Made by a program: the position numbers and the translations under genes | The notes under the pieces: model-generated | Seen by the model: only the letters and a program-made list of their open reading frames with translations | Told to the model about the DNA's origin: nothing | Database searches by the model: none | From: Plasmodiophora brassicae | Lineage: Eukaryota | Direction: 5' to 3' | Assembly: GCA_036867785.1 (NCBI GenBank) | Contig: CP145418.1 | Span: forward strand, 930,001-994,000 | Length of the DNA: 64,000 nucleotides | Part shown: piece after piece, positions 34,935 to 44,528 of the stretch | Layout: each line of letters starts with the position of its first letter | How positions within the stretch are numbered: position 1 is the first letter of the stretch

Positions 34935-35654
34935 TTATGGTTTGAACGACCGCTTCAGACGCATCTCCTGGATCCTGGCCTTATCCGCTTCGAACTGTCG
35001 GCGGACGTGTGCGATCTCCTCGTACTTCTGCGCCTTGGCGTTTGCCTTGGCGTAGAACGTGCTGTTGACGAGGACCTTGGGCAGTTTGGCGGGAACGGGG
35101 GCAACGACTTTAGGCAGGATACGTTTCTTCTGATTGCGCCGTGCGACAACCTTCTGGAAGCCGTCATCGTCGGCAACGACCTGACCCTTCGATTTGCGCT
35201 TATCGTCCTGGTCGGCGTCGAACGCATTCATGAATGCGTTGATCTTGCCCATGAGCGCGGCCGCGTCTGGAATGGTGTCTCTGTACGCTTTGCGCCATTT
35301 GTCCAGTCCAGTGACACCCTCGCCGCGAGTGAACGGCTGAACGTTCTTCTCAGTGGCAAACTCCATTGCGTGTTGCACGCTATTCGGCGAGGTGTATGTG
35401 ACAACGCATTGCCGAGGAACGAGTGACGTTGCCGACGACGACACACAGCACTGCACTTCGCCGAAACAGCGAAACACCTCGGCAACGTCAGCGTCCGTGA
35501 AGAAACACGGCACATTATCGACGACTAAATCATTTGACGACGCGCCAACCCGATACGGCAAGTATCGTCGCCCTGCAGACGACGCCTCCTGATCGTCATC
35601 AGCAAGCGAGACCGCTAGGAACTTGACCGTTGCCTTCTGTTGAACAGCAACCAT
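34935..35654 (-). CDS. RRP7: Ribosomal RNA-processing protein 7
   Basis: RRM-like LVVDNVP..VFRCFGEV; C-terminal DDDGFQKV..FY..RRQFEADKARIQEMRLKRSFKP typical of Rrp7. Confidence 0.85.
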   Translation of the reverse strand: MVAVQQKATVKFLAVSLADDDQEASSAGRRYLPYRVGASSNDLVVDNVPCFFTDADVAEVFRCFGEVQCCVSSSATSLVPRQCVVTYTSPNSVQHAMEFATEKNVQPFTRGEGVTGLDKWRKAYRDTIPDAAALMGKINAFMNAFDADQDDKRKSKGQVVADDDGFQKVVARRNQKKRILPKVVAPVPAKLPKVLVNSTFYAKANAKAQKYEEIAHVRRQFEADKARIQEMRLKRSFKP

Positions 35655-35822
35655 CTTCGTCAAGTCCGTGACGGGGTCCGCCGCGGACTTCGTCGCGTCC
35701 AACGGTATTTATCCCATTCTGCGCCTGCCAAAGCCACATATATGCTTTCTAGGTTTCGTACCCAGGGTGCGGGTCACATCACGTACCTTAATAGTAATCG
35801 TCTAGAAGCGGTCGTAGCCACA

Positions 35823-37463
35823 ATGTCGAAGGGCGGTGCTCGTGACCTTCAGCGTATCATCGCGGCGTCGTCGCCCGCGAATGCGTCGTCGTGCACCAGC
35901 GAGAGTCTAGCACTGGTTCGCGCCAAGTTCGAGCAGATGGCATCGTTATCCCAGAACGATCGGCATATCATCGCTGCAATTCAGCAGCGCATGCTCGAGC
36001 AGCGCCACGAGCTTACCAAACGCCAGGCGACAACGCGGGCTCTGCAGGATCGTTTCGAGGCGCTCGCCGCGGTATCTCGCGCCGACCGCGAAGCCGCCGA
36101 AGCGCTCCGCGCCACTGCCCAGCACCAATCCGACGAGATCGACAAGATCCGCGCGGAAAAGTCCACGTTGGCATCGTTAAACGAAGCGCTGCGCCAGGAG
36201 CTGAACGCCAAGCGCGAAGCGTACGCGGCGGCCGTCTCCCGGTGCAATGATGCTGAAGGCGCTCTCCAGGCCAAATCGAGACAGGTTCGAGCACTACAGG
36301 ACGCCGTCGCCAGGTACGACGCCGATCAGGCCGGGTGCGCACACGAGAATCGACGCCTTTCAGATGCGAACCGTGCGCAAGAGGCGCAGGCCCGCGACCT
36401 GCAGGACCGCCTGCACCTCCTTGAACAGAAACTCGCCGACGCTGACAAACGCGCTGACGCCGCTGAACAACGCACCCGTGATACGGAGGCGGTACTTGCC
36501 ACGCGCGGACAAGACGTCGATCGACTCAAGAGCGAGCTGGAGGCAGTGCGTCGCGATGAGTGCCAGGTGCGCGATCAGCTACGACGCGAGCAGCAGAGCG
36601 TTGCGGATCGCGACGTCCTGATCGAGCAACTCGACGGGCGCTTGCGACAGAACGACGTGAAGATGCAGGAGCTGGTCGCCGAAGGCGAAGCGCGGGATCG
36701 GGACGCACAGGCCGGCGCCGGGGAGCTACGCGCGCAGCTGAATGCCGCACGCACCGAGATCGCCGACCTGACCACGCGCCAAGCCGCCAGCGCGGCCGAG
36801 CTTCGCGACCTGCACAGCCGGTGCGATGCTGAGCGTGCTCGCGCCGAGTGTCTCATTGCAGAGCGGGACGAGGTCGCGAAGGATTTGGACGCGGCACGGA
36901 AGGCGGTGGCGGAGTGCCACCGCGCGAACGTCATCCTGCAGGAGACGGACGCGAGTGCCCGGGAACGTATCCGGCAACTAGAATCGATCGTCGCGTACAA
37001 TGCGGAGCAGGCCGCGCGCGTCAAGGCGGACATCGACGAGCTCCGGTCGCAGGTCGAGGCGCGCGATCGGGACGTGGAGCGCCTGGCGCACGAGAAGGAC
37101 GCGCGGCAGCGGGAGTCGGACGCCCGCGTTGCCAGGTTAACGGCCACGGAAACGGAGGTGCGGATCGCGGTCGCCAAGCTGCTGAACGCGCAAGAGGCGA
37201 TGGAAGGGTCGTTCACGTGCCTGTCGTGCATGACGCTGCTCACCGAGGCGAAGACGTGCGTGCCGTGCGGGCACGTCGTCTGCGGCACGTGCTGCACGGA
37301 CGGCGGTGCGTGCAGCGAGTGCGCACGCCCCGTCACGGGCGTCGTCCCCAACAGGAACATGAGCGCCCTGAGCGGGAAGTTCACCTACATCCGGCAAGTC
37401 CTGGGACGACTGAAGGACGACCTGACGACGTCCCCGCTGTTTGCTGACATCCCCGGCCAGTAA
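35823..37463 (+). CDS. Long coiled-coil protein with C-terminal RING finger
   Basis: Extended heptad region followed by FTCLSC..PCGHVVCGTC..CSEC. Confidence 0.85.
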   Translation: MSKGGARDLQRIIAASSPANASSCTSESLALVRAKFEQMASLSQNDRHIIAAIQQRMLEQRHELTKRQATTRALQDRFEALAAVSRADREAAEALRATAQHQSDEIDKIRAEKSTLASLNEALRQELNAKREAYAAAVSRCNDAEGALQAKSRQVRALQDAVARYDADQAGCAHENRRLSDANRAQEAQARDLQDRLHLLEQKLADADKRADAAEQRTRDTEAVLATRGQDVDRLKSELEAVRRDECQVRDQLRREQQSVADRDVLIEQLDGRLRQNDVKMQELVAEGEARDRDAQAGAGELRAQLNAARTEIADLTTRQAASAAELRDLHSRCDAERARAECLIAERDEVAKDLDAARKAVAECHRANVILQETDASARERIRQLESIVAYNAEQAARVKADIDELRSQVEARDRDVERLAHEKDARQRESDARVARLTATETEVRIAVAKLLNAQEAMEGSFTCLSCMTLLTEAKTCVPCGHVVCGTCCTDGGACSECARPVTGVVPNRNMSALSGKFTYIRQVLGRLKDDLTTSPLFADIPGQ

Positions 37464-37481
37464 ACGCGATGCGCGTTCCGT

Positions 37482-38348
37482 TTATCGGAAGAGGGTTGCG
37501 TCGACGGAGGAGACTTGACAGGCGCCGTCGGTGAGGCGGCAGATGGCACCCTGGGCGAACCTGGCGCAGTACGCGTCCGGGTCGGGCGCGTATCGACAGA
37601 TATCCAGCGCGTATGTCCCAGCCAACATCTTCGCGTACTCGTACACGCCCTCGTCCTGTTCCGATTTGAAGTCGGGGCCGCACGCGCCCTTCGTGCCGCA
37701 GTACAACCCGTCGGGGCACCTGAATCCATCGCCTGCATCAGATACCACCGGCGACGAGCTTTGCCGAGTCGCGTATACCCTTTCATATCAAAGAACGGGC
37801 CGCACCTCAGTGGGGCGTCCTGCCCTCCTGTTCCAGGCTCGGCCGTACCCGGCACCGTCGCGGGATCGGCCGGCGGCGACGACGTATCCTCAGACATGTC
37901 CGCTGTTTCCGGTGCATCGGTGGGAGGCGGCGGCGGCACGTACCCGGTCAACGACTCGGGAAGGATACCGGCGACTTCGCACAGGAGCGTCTCACGGTTG
38001 CAGGTGGCCGCTGGGAATATCAGCGCGCAGGCCCGGTCGGGGTCGTCGTGATCGGCACATGGGGTGTCCGTGTCCGCGTACACGTAGCGGCCAGCGGCCT
38101 GCGCCCGCGCGAACGACGTTCCGCAGTACCCGTCGGCGCTGCAGTATCGCTGGATGCCGTCCACCGGTGCACACCTATCAGATAGCATTGGCACCGGCGG
38201 AATCGGATGTCAGTTGCCTCGATACGACGACCTACGCCGCGTTGTCAAAGAAAGGGCCACAGCGGGGAGGTTCGACGGCGTTGTCCGTGCCGAACGCGCC
38301 GCTGACCGTGACGACCAGTATAGCAATGATCCGACCGCCGGGCACCAT
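37482..38348 (-). CDS. Secreted cysteine-rich protein with two hevein/CBM18-like repeats
   Basis: Signal peptide. Repeat 1 RCGPFFDNAACAPVDGIQRYCSADGYCG and repeat 2 RCGPFFDMKGCPDGLYCGTKGACG, each interrupted by an intron just before the second Cys. Pro/Thr/acidic linker. Confidence 0.7.
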
Positions 38349-38917
38349 CTTCGCAGAGTGAGAGGGTCCCAACGCCGCTGACGGGACTGGGAGGACACGG
38401 TCCGATCTCGCTGAACGTTCTCGAAGCAGGCGGCGCCGACTCGCTGGACGGTCAGTGCCAGTGGGCGTGAAGATTCCACCTCCACCCTTACAGTCTGTGA
38501 CGACCCTGCACACGTCTGCGATCAATCTGAATGACCTGCTCCGCCTGGCAGCGCCCGACACGACGTCCTGGTGGCGTGCAGAGCGGGTATGTCCCTCGAA
38601 ACACGAACTCGACTACGTAGAAGCGTTGTTCCCGCCCTGCACAGGACGACGTCCCGTTCGGCGCTTCTGAGCCCCGGGCGGCGCTGCGACAGGGGATGCC
38701 GCAGAACATGAGGATACTGCCAGGTGTATCGGGCTGGATATGCATCCTGTGACTGTGCCACAGCGGGCACACACACGTTGCAGGGACACGTCGTCGTTCT
38801 CGTCTAAGATCGCGAACGTTCTCGGGTGTCCACAAAGTAGTTCTCGCTCTGGAATACGTCCCAGACGTCCTGGAACCGCCGGCGCTAGCCGCCGAAACAG
38901 TCTGCTATCGGCCGTCG

Positions 38918-41374
38918 ATGCCGTCCGATGATCGGATGACGTCGTCGAGCTCGGGGCAGACGCGCCATCGTCGTTCGAGGTCGCGATCCGATGCGGCGCT
39001 CTCGCAGACGGACACGTCGTCGGGGTCCGGCGATCGCCTATCGCGACGCCATCTTCATCGTCCGCCCCTCCCTCCGCCATCGCTCCGCAGCGATATGGCG
39101 GCGGTCGCCGAGCGCCTATCCCAGACGAACTGGTCGTCGGCAACCTGTTCCCGCCCACCTAGGCACGTTGGTGACGGCGCCGAGCAACGGTACCATGCCA
39201 GCATCCCGTATCGACGACGTATTGTCGACGACCCGAAGGACGACGACGACGACGACGACCGCGTCATCGTCGAGGAGATCACCAAACCCGACGCCTCGGA
39301 TCGGCAGGAGCGAGCCGCAGAACCGGATGCCCTGCCGGAACGTCATGATCCCGACCCTGATGTGCAGACGCCGAGGCCGACCGGCGGCAGCGAGATGGAA
39401 GGTGGCCCTGTCGAGCAACCGCCCCGGCACGTGGGCTATCGTCGGTCGTTGACGGAAATGCCGTTCACGAATAAGTCGATGAAGTGGATGGACGCGCTGG
39501 AAGACGCGCGACGAACAATCGGTGGGGCCGCGTTCGACCCGGAAACGGCATCCCCTGGTCACGACGCGTTGTCGCCGAGCGACGTGGCCAGCCGACAACG
39601 ATCGTTGCATCATACGCGGGTCGACAGAACGACGCAGAGCCGGTTCCGGTCGCAGGCGGCTCTCATGGAGCGCAACGTGGCGCTGATCGTGGCGGTGCAC
39701 ATCGCGGCCCATGAACCAGTTCGAGACACGTTAACGAGCGTGGCGATCTCCGTCGACAACCTGTTGGCGTCGGCGACATGCTCGTTGACCTGGGAGCAGG
39801 TCGTCCTTGTTATTGAGTGCCAGACGACGGCCGCGCCAGACACCTTGTGGTTCCTGGAGAACGTTGGGCTCCTGCAACCGACGTGCTTCGACAAAGGCGG
39901 GACGACGACGCCCGTGATAGCGCACGTGTTCGAGATCACGCTCGACCTGCACCGTGTCGCCCGGGTGATCCCACATCGCCAGATGTCTGTCGCCCTGATC
40001 GTCCGGTGCCGGCCGGATGCGCTTGACCCTATTGCTTGGTTCAAGCGCGACCTGTCGCCGGCTTGGGTCGTCCACATCCCTGCGACAATGGTCGTCTCGC
40101 CCGCGTGCATCCAGGCGCTCGTCGACGACATGGACGGCGGCGACCTGGACGCTGTCACGGTGACGCCCCGGCCGCAGTCGATGCTGGTCGCCTGGTTCCT
40201 ATCGCCCATCATCGCGTCTAACGCATTCGGGTGGGTCGCCGAAGCGTCCCTGGAACAGGTGAAATGTGCCAGGCATGCGCGCCCACATCGCTCCCGACTC
40301 TGTATCGTTCGCGGGTCGGGTGACACGTCGTCCTGGGTCACCAGGTCGGCGTCCAGGACGGGCCTGGCACGCTGTCGTGGCCCGGAAACGGTCGAGGCCG
40401 TGTTCAGCAGCGAACGCAACGACAAGGCCCGGCAATGGATTCACCTGTTGCAACAGTGGCGCTGGGCGACCCCCATCCAGGCCTTGCGCCTCGTTATGTC
40501 CTCATGCGACGCCCTGCTCTGGTTGCTCAACGTCGCCATCCTCTGGTCGTTCGTCGTTGTGGTCGGTGGCGATCAGACCGAGCTGGAACGGCTGCTCTTC
40601 AAAGTTGTCTTCACGATCGTCGTTGCCATGCAGGTGCCGCTGGTCACCGCAGGACGCCCACGTCGTCTGCGAGGCATCGCGCTGCGATTATCGCTGTGGA
40701 TTATGCCGCTACTGATGCTGGCCGCGACGATCCACTACGCGATCATACGAGGCGTGCCTGCGTTCCACGCCGCGGTCGCGTTCATTGCCGATGGGCGGCC
40801 GCTGGAGTCGTTCATCGACGCGGTCCTGGACGGGCACCTTGCCGATGCGGCCATCGCCGTGTCGCTGCTCTGGTACATTGCCGCGATGCTCATCGCCGGC
40901 CTCATGCATGGGAACCTCCACAGGATGGCGATCCTGTTGCCGCACGAGCTCATATCGCTCCCGGGCAGGTACCTGTCCGCTGTCCCGTATTCCATCGGGG
41001 CGCTTCCCCCTGATCAGCGAGGATACGTCGCTGCCCTGTGGGCCACGTCCAACGCGGCAGTCGTTGTTGTCATGTCGAACCTGACGTCCGGCACTGTCCG
41101 AATAATGCTGGCGTCGGTATCCCTATTGCTCGCTGTCATCGTCACCTACAGGCTCATTCGGTCGTTGCTGCCGACGTCACTACTCAGAGCAAGGCGCCGG
41201 CGACGGGCGCCTGGTCGTCCTCTGGATACTGTCGTCGTCGAAGGCAGGGATAAGAAAATCAGACCAATGCTGGGCACATCCGATAACCCGCCGGCCGACA
41301 TCAACGCGGGCATCACAACGCCATCCGGACAGACCATAGACCTGAACAACGACAACGATGACCCGTTCCAGTAG
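38918..41374 (+). CDS. Divergent chitin-synthase-like multi-pass membrane protein
   Basis: PVIAHVFEIT (cf. PVTAHIFEYT), WF..LSPAWVVHI, SPIIASNAFGW (cf. NPLVA.QNFEY), QQWRW (cf. QRRRW), then several TM helices; disordered N-terminus. Confidence 0.6.
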   Translation: MPSDDRMTSSSSGQTRHRRSRSRSDAALSQTDTSSGSGDRLSRRHLHRPPLPPPSLRSDMAAVAERLSQTNWSSATCSRPPRHVGDGAEQRYHASIPYRRRIVDDPKDDDDDDDRVIVEEITKPDASDRQERAAEPDALPERHDPDPDVQTPRPTGGSEMEGGPVEQPPRHVGYRRSLTEMPFTNKSMKWMDALEDARRTIGGAAFDPETASPGHDALSPSDVASRQRSLHHTRVDRTTQSRFRSQAALMERNVALIVAVHIAAHEPVRDTLTSVAISVDNLLASATCSLTWEQVVLVIECQTTAAPDTLWFLENVGLLQPTCFDKGGTTTPVIAHVFEITLDLHRVARVIPHRQMSVALIVRCRPDALDPIAWFKRDLSPAWVVHIPATMVVSPACIQALVDDMDGGDLDAVTVTPRPQSMLVAWFLSPIIASNAFGWVAEASLEQVKCARHARPHRSRLCIVRGSGDTSSWVTRSASRTGLARCRGPETVEAVFSSERNDKARQWIHLLQQWRWATPIQALRLVMSSCDALLWLLNVAILWSFVVVVGGDQTELERLLFKVVFTIVVAMQVPLVTAGRPRRLRGIALRLSLWIMPLLMLAATIHYAIIRGVPAFHAAVAFIADGRPLESFIDAVLDGHLADAAIAVSLLWYIAAMLIAGLMHGNLHRMAILLPHELISLPGRYLSAVPYSIGALPPDQRGYVAALWATSNAAVVVVMSNLTSGTVRIMLASVSLLLAVIVTYRLIRSLLPTSLLRARRRRRAPGRPLDTVVVEGRDKKIRPMLGTSDNPPADINAGITTPSGQTIDLNNDNDDPFQ

Positions 41375-41683
41375 ACATATCCACATCGGGTCCACGTTTC
41401 TTCAGCTATTGCTTATAAACATAGAGCAGGAATCATAGCGATTACCACTTGGGGGCAGTCTGTTAGGGAAGGCGGTACCGCTGCAGTAAAAGCATTGCCA
41501 CCTTACGCACCCATCCGACGATTGGAATCCAGGGCGTCGCCGCTCCTTACAATCCGCTGATGCGCGAGCGGATCGAAATTCGGGGGCGCGATGGAAAAAT
41601 TCCGTGTCGTCTCATCTCGTCGTCTCCCACTACTGACGGCGGTCTAAAATTGGATCGGAACGATCACCAATACGTCGACGTCG

Positions 41684-42994
41684 ATGCGATTGACGGTGGG
41701 TTTGGGCGAAAGGGGGTCGTGATCAGACGTGGGCTGATGACGGGGCGCGCGTAGGCGGCGGTGGAGTTGGACTGCGCCGTGCAGAATTACGACTGGGGCA
41801 AGCGCGGTCGCGCGTCGGCGGTCGCTCGCCTGCAATCGTGCCTGCACGGCATCGATGAGGCGCTGCCGTATGCCGAGCTGTGGATGGGGACGCATGTCAG
41901 CGGGCCATCCGTCATTCGACGCGACGGATCCTTGCTGAAGGACGCGCTTGATGGACGCGATCTTCCATACCTGTTCAAAGTTCTTTCCGTGAACAAGGCG
42001 TTGTCGATCCAGGCGCACCCAGATAAAGCTCTGGCGGAACGTCTCCATGCAGAGCGCCCTAATGTAGGACGTGTTGACATGATCTTGTCTACGAATGTGA
42101 ATTCAACCTGCTTAGGTGTACAAGGACGGTAACCACAAACCGGAAATGGCGGTTGCTCTGACATCGTTCGAGGCACTCTGCGGATTTCGGCCTCTAGAGG
42201 AAATTGCAATTTTCCTGGAACGTGTCCCGCAACTGAAGGCGCTGGTTGGCGATGAAAGTGTCGCCCGGTTTGTGGCTGCTGTGACGTCTCGGGACGGCAC
42301 CAAGGACGCCCTTAGATCGGTGTTTACACGTTTGATGACGTGTCCGCCTGATCTGGTGGCGAAGAGCCTTCAGGAAATGCTGTCCGATCTAGCAAACCTG
42401 GACCTGGCCATCGAGGGTTCTCACTCGACGATGGACCTTCGTGAGCTCATCAAGCGACTTGCTGATGAGTACCCAGGAGACGTGGGCGTGTTCTGCGTCT
42501 TCTTCCTGAATGCGATGGCGCTGGCACCTGGTGAGGCGATTTTCCTGGGCGCGAACGAACCCCACGCGTACCTGCGCGGGGACTGTGTGGAGTGCATGGC
42601 CTGCTCCGATAATGTCGTTCGAGCCGGCCTCACGCCCAAGTACCGGGATGTCGATACGCTCTGCAGCATGCTGACGTACCGAGCGAACGTCCCCGAAGTC
42701 CTGAAGGCCACCGATGTGGACAGCCAGACGGTGGGCTACTGCCCGCCCGTGTCCGAGTTCTACCTGACGAAAACGGTCCTCGCGGGATCGGGGCACGATT
42801 ACCCGATGACTCCGTGTCCAGGGACGTCCATTGTTCTCTGTGCATCTGGAACGGGACAACTCGACAGCATTAACGTTTCCGCTGGAACCGTCATTGCCAT
42901 CCCGCCGAACCACGAACCCGTGATCTCATCGTCTAGCGACATGACGCTGTTTCGTTGTTCCGAGAACGTTTACTTCGGTAAGCCGTCGCCTTAG
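41684..42994 (+). CDS. MPI: Mannose-6-phosphate isomerase type I
   Basis: VQNYDWGK, YAELWMGTH, LPYLFKVLSVNKALSIQAHPDK, YKDGNHKPEM, ANEPHAYL, ECMACSDNVVRAGLTPK; introns 41696-41754 and near 42065-42116. Confidence 0.96.
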
Positions 42995-43066
42995 GTCGGC
43001 TACGACGTCGCCGAGTCGTGTGTTCCCGGACAGTCCTAACACACGAAGATGAGTAAACCGAAGAGG

Positions 43067-43447
43067 TTACCCACCTCTGTAGGCCACAAAGTCAGAACAG
43101 TGGGCCAGTCGGCGTGCAGGCACTTCTGTACCCAATGGGCGGGATGAGAGCAACCTCGTCATCCGGGCTCAACGGGCGCTGGTCTGCTAGGTCTCTGTAC
43201 TCTAGGTTGACGGCCAGCATCATGTAATCGCTCAGCTGACGCAGCTGTGGGTATTCGGCGTACACCTGCACCAGTCGTGCCATGATCAGTCGGCCCGCCC
43301 ACGCGCCTGCCTCGTTCGCACGCGCCGCACCTTGGCAATCAGGCCGTCCAGCGTGACGGGCGGCGTGACGTTGATCTCGATGGCAGGCGCCCCGCCCACC
43401 AGGTCACGCGCCATGCCGAACACCAGCAGGCGGTACGCGGTCGGCAT
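43067..43447 (-). CDS. MOCS2A: Molybdopterin synthase sulfur carrier subunit (MoaD/ThiS beta-grasp)
   Basis: LLVFGMARDLVG / intron / YPQL..MLAVNLEY..DEVALIPPI / intron / GGG-stop, giving the C-terminal di-Gly. Confidence 0.88.
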
Positions 43448-43669
43448 GCCGGCCAACCCCGTGCGTTGCCGGATCGAAGAGGCCGGGCGGTACACCTTCG
43501 CCCCGTGGCGGACGTCCTCTTTGTCGAGCAGCGTGCGCCACCGCTTGATCTGACGGTAGTCGACGCCGTACTTCTGGCTCGTTCGGTAGACCTTGCCAGG
43601 TTCGTCGTAGGCCTCGCGGGCAATGGCAATCTTCTCGCCGAGGGTGTAGCGGACAACGCCACGGCCCAT
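43448..43669 (-). mobile_element. Brinker/pogo transposase-type HTH coding segment in frame upstream of MOCS2A
   Basis: RYTLGEKIAIAREAY..GKVYRTSQKYGVDYRQIKRWR; ATG exactly 222 nt upstream of the MOCS2A ATG with no stop in between. Confidence 0.55.
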
Positions 43670-43694
43670 CAGCGAGCGACCTCGGCAAATAACA

Positions 43695-44528
43695 CCGTCG
43701 AGGTCGCCTTGGCGCGCGCGCCATCGTTCGCGCCAGAGTCCAGACCCGCCCATATAACCCCCTACATACATAGATAGACACGGGGTGATCTGCCCAGAAT
43801 TTACGGTATTGGTGAATGGTGTGCCGTTGCAGGATGCACTCGGAATGAGATACCAATAGTTGCCCATGGTGGAGGCAAGTATGCACATGGGTTAGCGACA
43901 GCCGGGTTCTGGGCACTTCCCTACCTATGTACATACGAACCGCTGCGCAGGTCTGGACGCCTTATCAAGTGGTCGTCATTACCTGCCAGTGGCGAACACA
44001 GACTGGTTCACCGATATCAGCTCCCCAGCATCAACACCGTTCTTGGACATCGGATCATCGTCATCATCGCCTGATGAGGTCAGGGATATGGTGATTCACA
44101 TTCGATAGAAGCCGCTCCTAACGCGTCTGCGAGCGGTCACGTTGATCAGCGGAAACGCGTACTATCTGTGGCCCGGTCCGGACCAACGAGCCCACACATG
44201 ACGAGGCGAACTCAGAAACATCCGTATGATGAACGAAGGATCAGTTAGGATCATGCTTCCACTTGCGGGTGACGGCACAGTAAAGCTTAAGACGTCGTCG
44301 TGGACAACCAAATGTGGGACGAAACAATGGCGAGCCGCGACATCGTTGCACCTGGATCAAGTGGCAATACAGGCATTACTGCCGAAGATCGTTGTTCCTG
44401 AACGCGTTTGTATTTTTGGCTGGACTATTGTTATACCTCTTAGGAGGTACGGGGACACATTGAATAACCGGGAAGGATATCTTCATAGGCAGGCAGCTGC
44501 CAGAGGTTGGCAGGGGCGGGAAACGGGA
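43695..44528. repeat. Intergenic spacer, diverged copy of 49431-50246 and 56465-57280
   Basis: Shared blocks, e.g. gaacacagactggttcaccgatatcagctccccagca and ggcagctgccagagg..gaaacgggatcagaattgc. Confidence 0.9.
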
